Source: Acutalibacteraceae bacterium (lineage in GTDB: Bacteria; Bacillota; Clostridia; Oscillospirales; Acutalibacteraceae). Taken from it: a DNA stretch of 64,000 nucleotides. Under the pieces are notes generated by a model. It was given only the letters and a program-made list of their open reading frames with translations. It made no database searches and was not told where the DNA came from. Shown piece by piece: positions 53,923 through 62,631 of the stretch. The position numbers and the translations under genes are program-made. Position 1 is the first letter of the stretch. Each line of letters starts with the position of its first letter. The stretch spans positions 448-64,447 of the forward strand of contig JAZSHI010000024.1 in NCBI GenBank assembly GCA_045533195.1. Direction: 5' to 3'.

Positions 53923-54423
53923 TTAGTGATATTTGTAGGGATCAGTGTGAGTATTTTCCCCTACAAAATTTATTATATTTTTGTTATTCTCCATTGCATA
54001 TTTGACCGTTTTATATGCTCCGCCGTGGTTGTGTTCAATATACGAGATAATAAGGTCGGCTCTATCTACCATTTCGCGATTTCGGATTTGTATGGCTGAT
54101 TTGGGGTGCGAATAAGATGCGCTATAGGAAATTTCAACTTCGCTGTAATATTCTTCGAAATATTTTTTATTGTTATTATATTCGGCAGTTAAATAGGGCA
54201 AAACAAGAATTAAAGAGCTGTTATCATCTCTATAGGTTTTTCTGACTTTGCGAATAACAGAGGAAACAATTTTATCAAATTCGCCGTTACGTCCTACCAG
54301 AAAATCCACATATTCCTTTTCATCAATGAGCTTTTTTATTTTTTCTTCCAGTAATTCCTCTATCCTTAAAGGATTTTCTATATATCTGTGACCGAAAAAA
54401 GCAACCGTGAAAATATTTAGCAT
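53923..54423 (-). CDS. SLOG / DUF1273-like protein (paralogue 2)
   Basis: N-terminal VAFFGHRYI motif. Same size and layout as 12226..12711. Confidence 0.6.
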   Translation of the reverse strand: MLNIFTVAFFGHRYIENPLRIEELLEEKIKKLIDEKEYVDFLVGRNGEFDKIVSSVIRKVRKTYRDDNSSLILVLPYLTAEYNNNKKYFEEYYSEVEISYSASYSHPKSAIQIRNREMVDRADLIISYIEHNHGGAYKTVKYAMENNKNIINFVGENTHTDPYKYH

Positions 54424-54472
54424 ATTTCACTCTCCTAATTACTGATTTTAGTTTTATATTATCTCATATTAT

Positions 54473-54540
54473 ACCGCTAATATCGGTAATTAGCAACTAT
54501 AATCGGTAATTTAATCGTGAATATTACCGCTCTAATTATT
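54473..54540. promoter_or_regulatory. cluster of CGGTAAT repeats in the divergent SLOG/HTH promoter region
   Basis: TCGGTAATT at 54483 and 54503 (20-nt phasing). Inverted ATTACCG at 54533. TACCGCTAAT at 54473. Confidence 0.35.
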
Positions 54541-54569
54541 ATACAATAACAAAAAGAGAGGTGTTCACG

Positions 54570-54881
54570 ATGGATTTGCAGTTTATAAGAGACAGAATTT
54601 CAGTTTTAAGAACAAAAAAGAATGTATCTGAATATAGAATGAGTACTGATTTAGGTCATAGCAAAAGTTATATACAAAGTATTTCATCCGGTAGGTCTGT
54701 ACCTTCACTTGGAGAATTTCTTTATATCTGCGAATATCTTGGTGTGACACCTAAAGAATTTTTTGACCAAGATATTAAAGAACCTCTACTTGTCAGCAAA
54801 TTATATGAATTAGCACAAAATATGTCGGAAAAAGATTTAGAAGTGCTTATCAACACAGCTGAACGTCTTAATGACAGATAA
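54570..54881 (+). CDS. XRE-family helix-turn-helix protein
   Basis: ORF 54561..54881. ATG at 54570 follows AGAGAGGTG. HTH segment EYRMSTDLGHSKSYIQSISSG. Confidence 0.75.
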   Translation: MDLQFIRDRISVLRTKKNVSEYRMSTDLGHSKSYIQSISSGRSVPSLGEFLYICEYLGVTPKEFFDQDIKEPLLVSKLYELAQNMSEKDLEVLINTAERLNDR

Positions 54882-54920
54882 AAGTTTTAATGGGCGGATG
54901 TGGGTATATGCACCTACAAA

Positions 54921-55007
54921 AACCCCTTTCCCTACGCCTACACCCTTTCCCCTACACCCTATTCCATCTGTGCGAAGTACAGCCCTATTCCCTAAAAAAA
55001 CAGCCCA
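54921..55007. repeat. repeat family B, copy 3 (longest)
   Basis: CCCCTTTCCCTACGCCTACACCCTTTCCCCTACACCCTATTCCATCTG...CCCTATTCCCTAAAAAAA. Confidence 0.7.
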
Positions 55008-55018
55008 AACGCTCTGCG

Positions 55019-55495
55019 TTAAGGCTGTTTTTTTATACACGGCATTATGCCTTTATCCACTATATCAATAACCGCGTAGGAAAAAAAGGAATCGCGCGGA
55101 AAGGAGAGAGAACCGGGATTAACAATATACAGTCCGTCATCATATGCTGAAAGAGAGCAGTGTGTGTGTCCGAAGAGGGCAAGGGAGCAATTATTTTCTC
55201 TGGCTGTTTCTTTTATCTTCTCAAGGGTATATTTTACGCCGTATTTGTGGCCGTGGGTGAAAAATATTCGCCTGTTGTTAACCATTACAATACCTTCCGA
55301 TTTATAGGGAGAAGCAATATCGCAGTTGCCTGAAACAACGTGAAAATTTTTATCATTAAACTGCTCTTTAACGGCATCAATATCATTTGTATTGTCACCG
55401 AGAAAAAAGACTTCCTTTATATCGCTGTGAAAGGAAAGCACCGAAAGAATTTTTTTAATATTTCCGTGTGTATCCGATAAAACCAGAATTTTCAT
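55019..55495 (-). CDS. YfcE/MJ0936-family metallophosphoesterase
   Basis: Motifs LSDTHGN, GDN, GNCD, HGH and GHTH. Confidence 0.85.
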   Translation of the reverse strand: MKILVLSDTHGNIKKILSVLSFHSDIKEVFFLGDNTNDIDAVKEQFNDKNFHVVSGNCDIASPYKSEGIVMVNNRRIFFTHGHKYGVKYTLEKIKETARENNCSLALFGHTHCSLSAYDDGLYIVNPGSLSFPRDSFFSYAVIDIVDKGIMPCIKKQP

Positions 55496-55554
55496 TTTTA
55501 TCCTCCGTCATATAAAGCTCTGAATTTTCATATTTTTTAGGGGGTGAAATTTTA

Positions 55555-55752
55555 ATGGGCTATGATATAGAAAAAATGATAGAAAACGCCAAAAAAGGCG
55601 AGACAGACAAGATTCTTAACAGTTTAAGCAAAAGCGATGCCGAAAGGTTTAAGCAGATTATTTCCGATAAGGAAGCTACACAAAAACTTCTTGGCAGCGA
55701 ACAGGCTAAAAAATTACTTGAGATGCTGAAAAGAGGCGGTATGGGTGGATGA
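55555..55752 (+). CDS. hypothetical small protein
   Basis: 65 aa with GGGGGTGA RBS-like sequence upstream. Overlaps the next gene by 8 nt. Confidence 0.55.
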   Translation: MGYDIEKMIENAKKGETDKILNSLSKSDAERFKQIISDKEATQKLLGSEQAKKLLEMLKRGGMGG

Positions 55753-56065
55753 TTTAAGCGCGGCGCTGGGCGAACTTTTAAATAACCCCGAGACCGTATC
55801 TAAAATAGGAGAAATGGCTAAAAATCTTTTCCCCGAGCAAGAGGTAAAAAGTGATGAGTCTTCTGCTGATATGCTGAAAATTATGTCGCTGATAAATAAA
55901 TTTAAAAACACGGGTGAGAACGAAAATCAACGGCTTTTACTGGCTCTTAAACCGCATTTAAGCGATGAAAGACAGAAAAAGGTTGACGTGGCAGTAAAAA
56001 TCTTAAAGCTTCTTGACCTGATGCCTATTTTGTCGGAAAGCGGCTTACTTGAAAATTTTTTGTAG
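55745..56065 (+). CDS. hypothetical small protein
   Basis: 106 aa. GTG start overlaps the upstream stop, suggesting translational coupling. Confidence 0.55.
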   Translation: MDDLSAALGELLNNPETVSKIGEMAKNLFPEQEVKSDESSADMLKIMSLINKFKNTGENENQRLLLALKPHLSDERQKKVDVAVKILKLLDLMPILSESGLLENFL

Positions 56066-56080
56066 GAACGGGGAGAAACT

Positions 56081-56341
56081 ATGACAGAATTTGAACGGGC
56101 AAAGCAGGAAGCAATTTCCAGAGTACAAAAAATGAATGAAAGCTACCGCCAAAAAATCACGCAGGAGAAAAGGGAAACTCAAAAAAAGGAACACAACGCA
56201 CTTGATATAATGAAGCTTATCCGTTTTGATTCGGTAAAAAGCGATCCTGACCGTCTTTTACTTTTAGGGGTTCTCCTTTTGCTATCTATGGAAAAGACCG
56301 ATGAAAAACTGCTTTATGCATTGCTTTATATTATGATTTAA
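56081..56341 (+). CDS. hypothetical small protein with C-terminal hydrophobic helix
   Basis: 86 aa. GGGGAGA RBS 6 nt upstream. C-terminus LLLLGVLLLLS...LLYALLYIMI. Confidence 0.6.
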   Translation: MTEFERAKQEAISRVQKMNESYRQKITQEKRETQKKEHNALDIMKLIRFDSVKSDPDRLLLLGVLLLLSMEKTDEKLLYALLYIMI

Positions 56342-56690
56342 AGGCGAAAGGGTTTGTCATGTATAAAAAGAGTTACAAAGTTATTACAGCTTTGAAACAA
56401 ATATGAAGTTATGTAAACCAAGTGGCTAAAAAAGTTATTAAAGTTTTGCACAGAGATATACACAATTTTGCCCGATTTTTTTAAAAAATCCCTTGAAATC
56501 AAGGCTTTACTGTTCAAAATTCGGTGCATAACTTTAATAACACCAACAAAAAACATAATATGGTAATTGTATTATGTAAACCAAAAGCACTAAATAACGA
56601 AAAATTTTACATAGAAAAATCTTAAAAATTTGTTTACTTTTGACAAAAGATGTGATAGAATTGGGATGTCAAAAAAAGGAGTAGATTCTG

Positions 56691-57173
56691 ATGAAGACAA
56701 AAAGAATAGCAGCTCTGCTCTTAGCAGTGGTTTTTCTACTGTGCGGACTTTGCGGCTGCGGCGAAAAGGAAACCTTGACAGTTGATGAAATAAGCGAAAA
56801 GCTTAACGAGCTTTGTTTTGTAAACGTAGATAATTATGAAGTTAGTAAGGCAGATATTGAAAACCGTTTTAACTTTGACGGCAATAAATTCAGCGACTAT
56901 TCGGTAAGGCTGTGTGACAGCGAAGAAAAATTCATTTGTGTAGCCGTAGTTACCTTAAAAAACAGCGAAGACAAACAAGAGCTTACCGATACCTTTAACG
57001 CGGTTGCTAAAAACACGGCTTCATCCTACGGCACACTTAACGCTTCAGAATATGCAAAAATTCAAAAAAGACTTTTTTATGAATATAAAGACATTATTAT
57101 TTTTATAGTCGCAGACGATTACACAGCGCCGGAAAATTATCTTAAAGAAATCGGCGCAAAACCGATAGCATAA
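56691..57173 (+). CDS. lipoprotein, function unknown
   Basis: Lipobox LCGLCGC-GE. AAAGGAG RBS upstream. Confidence 0.75.
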   Translation: MKTKRIAALLLAVVFLLCGLCGCGEKETLTVDEISEKLNELCFVNVDNYEVSKADIENRFNFDGNKFSDYSVRLCDSEEKFICVAVVTLKNSEDKQELTDTFNAVAKNTASSYGTLNASEYAKIQKRLFYEYKDIIIFIVADDYTAPENYLKEIGAKPIA

Positions 57174-57201
57174 AAACCGAGGAATCTTCCTCGGTTTTTT
57201 T
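57172..57201. terminator. bidirectional rho-independent terminator
   Basis: Stem CCGAGGA-ATCT-TCCTCGG flanked by an A-run and a T-run, between convergent genes. Confidence 0.8.
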
Positions 57202-57239
57202 ATACTCATAGATTAAGAGGTTGTATCAAATCCGTCTTC

Positions 57240-58595
57240 TTACTCTTCATCCGACGGCATTTGCTCCGAGGAAGTATTGCCTGATTCATCACCTGACGTA
57301 TCACCTGATTCGTCACTCGGTACATCGGAGGAAAGGTCATTTTCGTTATCACCTAATGCATCAGAGGAAGTGTCAAAACCGTCGTCATCCTGCGTCGGCG
57401 CGGATGGAGTCGCATTATTTTCAGGTCTACTTTGCTGAGAGGCGCTTTCATTCCTGCTAACCGTAGCTCCCGAAGATTTAAACCAACCGGTTTTATCTAC
57501 ACCGTTTTCTTTAAAGTAGTCTTCGGGGGAAATATCGTCATATAAAAACGCTCTTAAAACTTTACCCGCAAACTCATAATTATAGTAAACGGAGGAAGCA
57601 CCTGTACCTCTGAAGTCAGCATTAATTATATATTTGTCATGGGGTATGCGTGATTGAATCATACTGGGACGATTAACCAAAGACTTACCCATAGAAAGTA
57701 TTTCTGAATTAGAAAGAGAAGTTTTTATATAAGGAGCAAGTTTATTTACAATAGAAGGATATTTTAAAGGACTGGTATCTAAAACCTTTTCCAAAAGAAG
57801 TTCGAGAACAAGGCGTTGACGTTCGGTTCTGCCAAAATCGTTGTTACTGCCCATAGCATTTTTTGCATGGCGAATACGGGAATATGCCACCGCCTGAACA
57901 CCGTTTAATTTTTGTTTTCCGGGTTTAGTTATTAAATAAGAGTCAGGTTTGACCTTTAAATAATAGCAAATCTCTTTTATCATAGTGTTTATGCCAAGAT
58001 CTGCAGTAATTTCATCTTTTGTTATTTCTACCTCTATTCCGCCCATAGCATCTATAATATCTGCCATTGCGTAGAAGTTTACGGTAACATAATCTTTGAT
58101 ATCAAGACCGAAAAGTGTGTTAAGGGTTTTTACGGCAAGGGTAGGACCGCCTAAAGAATAGGCAGTATTTATTTTGTTATATACGGTCTTTCCGTTATTA
58201 TTTATAGGCACAAGGCTGTCGCGCATAACAGACACAAGCTTTAAGGTGCTGTTCTTTTTGTTTACGCTTAAAATCATTATAGAGTCACTTCTGCCGGAAA
58301 AATCCCCTACCTGTCTGGCATCTACACCGAAAAGAGCTATATTTATAACGTTTTCATCAATAACCTGAGTAATGCCTAAATTGGAAAGATCCTCATTATT
58401 AAACTCTTTATCTCGGTTGATTTTTGTCATAACTCTGACACCATAACCAACAAAACAGGAGATTATAATAACCAGACTCAAAACTATTGATAATAAAATT
58501 ATACGTTTTTTCTTTTTACTTTTCTTTGTGTTTTTCTTTTTTCCGGTATTTTTATGTGAAGAAAAGGAATTAAGATCTATATTGTTGTTATCCAC
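57240..58595 (-). CDS. LytR-CpsA-Psr (LCP) family protein with acidic low-complexity C-terminal tail
   Basis: N-terminal TM helix. LCP motifs LFGVDAR...GRSDSIMILSVN. Tail is rich in S, D, E and G. Confidence 0.88.
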   Translation of the reverse strand: MDNNNIDLNSFSSHKNTGKKKNTKKSKKKKRIILLSIVLSLVIIISCFVGYGVRVMTKINRDKEFNNEDLSNLGITQVIDENVINIALFGVDARQVGDFSGRSDSIMILSVNKKNSTLKLVSVMRDSLVPINNNGKTVYNKINTAYSLGGPTLAVKTLNTLFGLDIKDYVTVNFYAMADIIDAMGGIEVEITKDEITADLGINTMIKEICYYLKVKPDSYLITKPGKQKLNGVQAVAYSRIRHAKNAMGSNNDFGRTERQRLVLELLLEKVLDTSPLKYPSIVNKLAPYIKTSLSNSEILSMGKSLVNRPSMIQSRIPHDKYIINADFRGTGASSVYYNYEFAGKVLRAFLYDDISPEDYFKENGVDKTGWFKSSGATVSRNESASQQSRPENNATPSAPTQDDDGFDTSSDALGDNENDLSSDVPSDESGDTSGDESGNTSSEQMPSDEE

Positions 58596-58607
58596 GTATT
58601 TTCCTCC

Positions 58608-59426
58608 TTAACAAATTTCGCGATATATATCGCCTTTTTTAAGTTTTGTGATTTCTGCTGCTTTTTTAGCGGCAGAAGAGGTGCTGTCACCTTTTTTTAT
58701 AAAATCTTTTGCAAGGCTTATTGCTTCCTCTAAAGTGTATATATGTTCTGTTTCCTTTGCGCCTGAAACAATTATAACAAATTCTCCCTTAGGCTCTTTT
58801 TCGCTATACATTTCTAAGGCTTTGCTAAGTCTTGTGCGAATAACCTCTTCGTGAATTTTGGTAAGCTCTCGTACAAGGGCAATTTCTCTGTCTCCCAAAT
58901 ATTCCAGCATATCCCTAAGGGTTGCAATAAGTTTATGGGGAGCCTCATAGAATATCATTGTACGTTTTTCTGATTTGAGTTCTGCAAGATGTGAGCGCCT
59001 ACCGGGCTTATTCATAGTAAGAAAGCCTTCAAAGGTAAATCTGCCCGAGGGCATACCCGACATAGCAAGTGCCGTTATAACAGCGCTGGGACCGGGGACC
59101 GATTCAACAGGAATACCGCTTTCGTGAGCCAGTCGAACCATATCTTCGCCCGGATCGGATATGGCAGGCATACCCGCATCGGTTACAAGAGCGCAGCTTT
59201 CCCCGCTAAGCAGTCGGGAGATAATTTCGCCGCCCCGTTCCTTTTTGTTGTGTTCATAGTAAGAAAGCATCGGTTTTTTGATGCCTAAATGATTAAGAAG
59301 CTTGACAGTAACTCGCGTATCCTCGGCAGCTATAAAATCAACCTTTGAAAGTATATCTGCCCCACGGGGACTTAAGTCCCCTAAATTCCCTATGGGAGTA
59401 CCGACAAGATAAAGTTTGCCTTTCAT
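58608..59426 (-). CDS. rsmI: 16S rRNA (cytidine1402-2'-O)-methyltransferase
   Basis: N-terminal GKLYLVGTPIGNLGDLS and TDAGMPAISDPG. Confidence 0.92.
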   Translation of the reverse strand: MKGKLYLVGTPIGNLGDLSPRGADILSKVDFIAAEDTRVTVKLLNHLGIKKPMLSYYEHNKKERGGEIISRLLSGESCALVTDAGMPAISDPGEDMVRLAHESGIPVESVPGPSAVITALAMSGMPSGRFTFEGFLTMNKPGRRSHLAELKSEKRTMIFYEAPHKLIATLRDMLEYLGDREIALVRELTKIHEEVIRTRLSKALEMYSEKEPKGEFVIIVSGAKETEHIYTLEEAISLAKDFIKKGDSTSSAAKKAAEITKLKKGDIYREIC

Positions 59427-59520
59427 AACCCACCTCTAAATAATATTGCTCTGTTATTTTATCATAATTAAACATCTAATTCAATAACAAAAAAGTAATA
59501 AAAAGGCTTCTTTTCGGCAT

Positions 59521-60450
59521 TTATGCTCTTTCTATGAATTTTTTTAGGTTATTCATAAGACCTTCTTTATTGGAAAAATAGCTCATTGAGTGTCCTGCAT
59601 CCTCTACCGAAAAAAACTCTTTTTCATTTTCGTAAAGGTCGAAGCACTCCTTTGTCATACTATAGGGAACAAAAGCATCTGCCTTTGAATGAATAAAGAA
59701 TATAGGTAATTTTGTCTTTTTTAGCTGTGCTTTTACGTCTGTTTCATCCAAATTTACCTTTTCGAAAAGTTTTCCTCCCAGTTTTATGAAAAAATAAATA
59801 ATTTTTTTATTAAGCTTCATTTCGCCTATAACCTTTTGCATAATCTCTTTTGCCGAAGAAAAGGCGCTGTCGCTTATTACTCCCTTTACTCTGTCGGGCA
59901 GCTTTTCTCCTGCCGCCATAAGTACGGTGGAACCACCCATGGAAACTCCGCAAAGCACTATTTTTTCACTTTCCTTTATATTTTCCTCGGCATATTCTAT
60001 CCAACTTAAACAGTCTTTTCTTTCCTTTATTCCCATTGTGAGAAATTTTCCCTCGCTTTTTTCGTGGGCGCGCTGAGAAACGAGTAAAAGACTGTAACCC
60101 ATTTTGTTATAAAAATCAAAAACCCCCGCGCTGTCTCTGTAGGGAGAGCTTCTGTAGCCGTGGAAAAATATTATTAGAGGAGCTTTTTTGTTTTCCGCTT
60201 CATAAAATCTTCCAAAAAGTGTTTTTTTATCATAACTCTTTATTTTAATTTCTTTAAAGGGTTTACTTTTATTATAGCTTATTCTCTTTGTAAGCTCGTC
60301 CTTAAAGGGTAAATATTGTTCGGTTTCAGGAAAATAAAAATCTGATTCTTCCCTATATTCAACCTTGTGAAGTCCTGCATAAAAACAAATATAGGAGGTT
60401 ATAAAAAAGCATATTATAATATTTAAAACTGCAAATACCATCCAAAACAT
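59521..60450 (-). CDS. alpha/beta hydrolase with N-terminal membrane anchor
   Basis: Nucleophile elbow GVSMGGS and a C-terminal D...H pattern. Confidence 0.8.
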   Translation of the reverse strand: MFWMVFAVLNIIICFFITSYICFYAGLHKVEYREESDFYFPETEQYLPFKDELTKRISYNKSKPFKEIKIKSYDKKTLFGRFYEAENKKAPLIIFFHGYRSSPYRDSAGVFDFYNKMGYSLLLVSQRAHEKSEGKFLTMGIKERKDCLSWIEYAEENIKESEKIVLCGVSMGGSTVLMAAGEKLPDRVKGVISDSAFSSAKEIMQKVIGEMKLNKKIIYFFIKLGGKLFEKVNLDETDVKAQLKKTKLPIFFIHSKADAFVPYSMTKECFDLYENEKEFFSVEDAGHSMSYFSNKEGLMNNLKKFIERA

Positions 60451-60609
60451 TTTTTTATTTCCCCTTTCTTTTAATAATGAAAAAATATACCTTTCTTAAC
60501 CGATAGTTGTGAACAAATTGTAAACTTTTTGTGTCCGACGCATTGTGACATAATTCGACAACCTCTATGAGTATAATAAAAGAAAAAAACAAAACGGAGG
60601 AAAAAACAT

Positions 60610-61140
60610 ATGAAAAAAGAAAAATTCTGTTGTTTTATTCAAAACAACTATTCTTTTTTGGAGGAAAATCAGGCAGAAAAAGAAAGAAGCGAGAATATTA
60701 AGAAAAAAATTAAGGAGCAAATAGATTATTTAATCGAAAAAGAGAATATTTCAGAATTCTTTACAGGTATGGAAGAAGGCGCCGATCTGTTTTACGCAGA
60801 TTATATTCTTTCTAAAAAGAAAGAAAAAGACATAAAGCTTCACTGTGTTATTCCATTTGAAGAACAGGCAGTTTTATACAGCGAAAAGGAAAGAGACCTT
60901 TATTTTGACGTTGCCCAGAGGGCAGACAGTGAAATTATGATTTCCCGAAAAAGAATTTCGGGAAGCCGAGAAAAACGAGACAGCTATATGGTTGAAAAAA
61001 GCAGTGTTATTATTTTACTTTGCGATATAAAAAGCTCTCCGGAAATTTTGAATTTTCAAAAAATCGAAAAAAACAAGCAAATAATAGTTATTGACCCTGT
61101 TAATTCCAATTTAAACGCGAGTTTTAAATGCATAGTGTGA
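60610..61140 (+). CDS. SLOG / DUF1273-like protein, divergent (paralogue 3; GHR motif lost)
   Basis: Starts KFCCFIQNNY instead of CCFxGHR. The remaining layout (FFTGMEEGADL..., IKLHCVIPFEEQ) is DUF1273-like. Confidence 0.5.
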   Translation: MKKEKFCCFIQNNYSFLEENQAEKERSENIKKKIKEQIDYLIEKENISEFFTGMEEGADLFYADYILSKKKEKDIKLHCVIPFEEQAVLYSEKERDLYFDVAQRADSEIMISRKRISGSREKRDSYMVEKSSVIILLCDIKSSPEILNFQKIEKNKQIIVIDPVNSNLNASFKCIV

Positions 61141-61163
61141 CAACACATTAATTTTTAAAAAAG

Positions 61164-61192
61164 CCCCTGTAAGTAAAATTACGGGGGTTTTT
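61164..61192 (+). terminator. rho-independent terminator
   Basis: Stem CCCCTGTAA / TTACGGGGG followed by T5. Confidence 0.75.
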
Positions 61193-61302
61193 GATGTTTT
61201 TATTATATAAATATATAATAAACTATTGAAATATTATTTTTTTATGTTATAATATATACGTATATTTATATTTTATATTACATTAATAGAAAGGTGAGGC
61301 AT

Positions 61303-62631
61303 ATGAAAGTAGAATCTGTTCAGGATATATGGGAATTAGTCTGTGCAGAAATGAAAAAGAATTTATCTGAAATTGCCTTTGACGTATGGCTTAAAGACCT
61401 TCACCCCATTGAACTTAAAAATGGTGAATTTATTCTCGGCATATATTCTGCCTATAAGAAGAACATTGTAGAATCAAATTATATTGAATCTATTCATAAG
61501 CATTTAAAGGATATTATGGGCTTTGAGGTAGCCGTAACAATTTTGGTAGAGGATGAAAGCGGACAGGTTGTCGTTCCCTCTAAACCAATTAGTGACGGCT
61601 CCTTTGAATCGGAATATACCTTTGATAATTTTATTGTCGGTTCCACAAACCGTTTTGCTCACGCTGCAAGTATGGCGGTGGCAGATAATCCTAATATTAT
61701 CTATAATCCCCTTATTATTTACGGACGCAGCGGTGTTGGTAAAACACATCTTCTTTTAGCTATAAAAAATCATATCAGAAAAAAATATCCCACAAAACAG
61801 ATAGAATACATAAGATGCGAGGATTTTACAAATCAGCTTATCTCCGCTCTTCATGAAGGCTCGTTAGGACTGGGCACACTTGATAGCTTCAGAAACCGTT
61901 TTCGTACCACCGATATTCTCTTAATCGACGATATTCAGTTTATTGCAGGTAAAAATCAGACACAGGAAGAATTTTTTAATACCTTCAATACCCTTTATCA
62001 GAATAAAAAACAGATAGTTGTTACCTGTGACCGTCCTCCTAAGGATATAAAGCTTCTTGACGACCGACTTCGTTCCCGTTTTGAAAGCGGTCTTATTGCA
62101 GATATTACTCCCCCCGACTTTGAAACCAAGGTTGGTATTATCCAAAACAAAAAACAGCAGCTCGGTATTGAAATTCCCGAAAACATCGTTTATTACATTG
62201 CCGAACACATTCAGGATAATACCCGTCAGCTTGAAGGGGTTGTAAAGAAAATTCAGGCTCTTATTTTAATCGACCAGAAGGTTCCCACCCTTTCAATTGT
62301 TCAGGGCTTTATTAAAGAGGTTGTAAGCGATACCCGTCCCGAGCCTATTAAAATAGAACAGATTATAACCGAGGTTGCAAGAACCTATAACGTAAGCGAA
62401 GGGGATATACTTTCCACCAGAAGAACTGCCGACCTTGTAAAAGCAAGACAGGTTGCTATGTATATCGCAAGAGAAACAACCGAACTTCCCTACTCGGCTA
62501 TAGGCGAATCCTTTGGAAAAAATCATACAACGGTTCTTTATACCGAGAAAAAGGTTAAGGAGCTTATGAAAGAAAATCCTTACGAAAAAACAGTTATTGA
62601 GGATATAATTAAGAATTTAAAATCCGAATAG
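61303..62631 (+). CDS. dnaA: chromosomal replication initiator DnaA
   Basis: ORF 61294..62631. ATG at 61303 follows AGGTGA. Walker A GRSGVGKTHLL and a C-terminal DnaA-box-binding domain. Confidence 0.96.
   Translation: MKVESVQDIWELVCAEMKKNLSEIAFDVWLKDLHPIELKNGEFILGIYSAYKKNIVESNYIESIHKHLKDIMGFEVAVTILVEDESGQVVVPSKPISDGSFESEYTFDNFIVGSTNRFAHAASMAVADNPNIIYNPLIIYGRSGVGKTHLLLAIKNHIRKKYPTKQIEYIRCEDFTNQLISALHEGSLGLGTLDSFRNRFRTTDILLIDDIQFIAGKNQTQEEFFNTFNTLYQNKKQIVVTCDRPPKDIKLLDDRLRSRFESGLIADITPPDFETKVGIIQNKKQQLGIEIPENIVYYIAEHIQDNTRQLEGVVKKIQALILIDQKVPTLSIVQGFIKEVVSDTRPEPIKIEQIITEVARTYNVSEGDILSTRRTADLVKARQVAMYIARETTELPYSAIGESFGKNHTTVLYTEKKVKELMKENPYEKTVIEDIIKNLKSE

Noticed and set aside
55062-55070. 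TTATCCACT, an 8/9 DnaA-box match
   Set aside because: It is a single site inside the coding region of the metallophosphoesterase gene, about 6 kb from dnaA. It is most likely a chance occurrence.
54837-55150. Three overlapping ORFs of 66-86 aa on both strands
   Set aside because: They are generated by the C/G-tract family B repeat and the adjacent terminator. No RBS is present.
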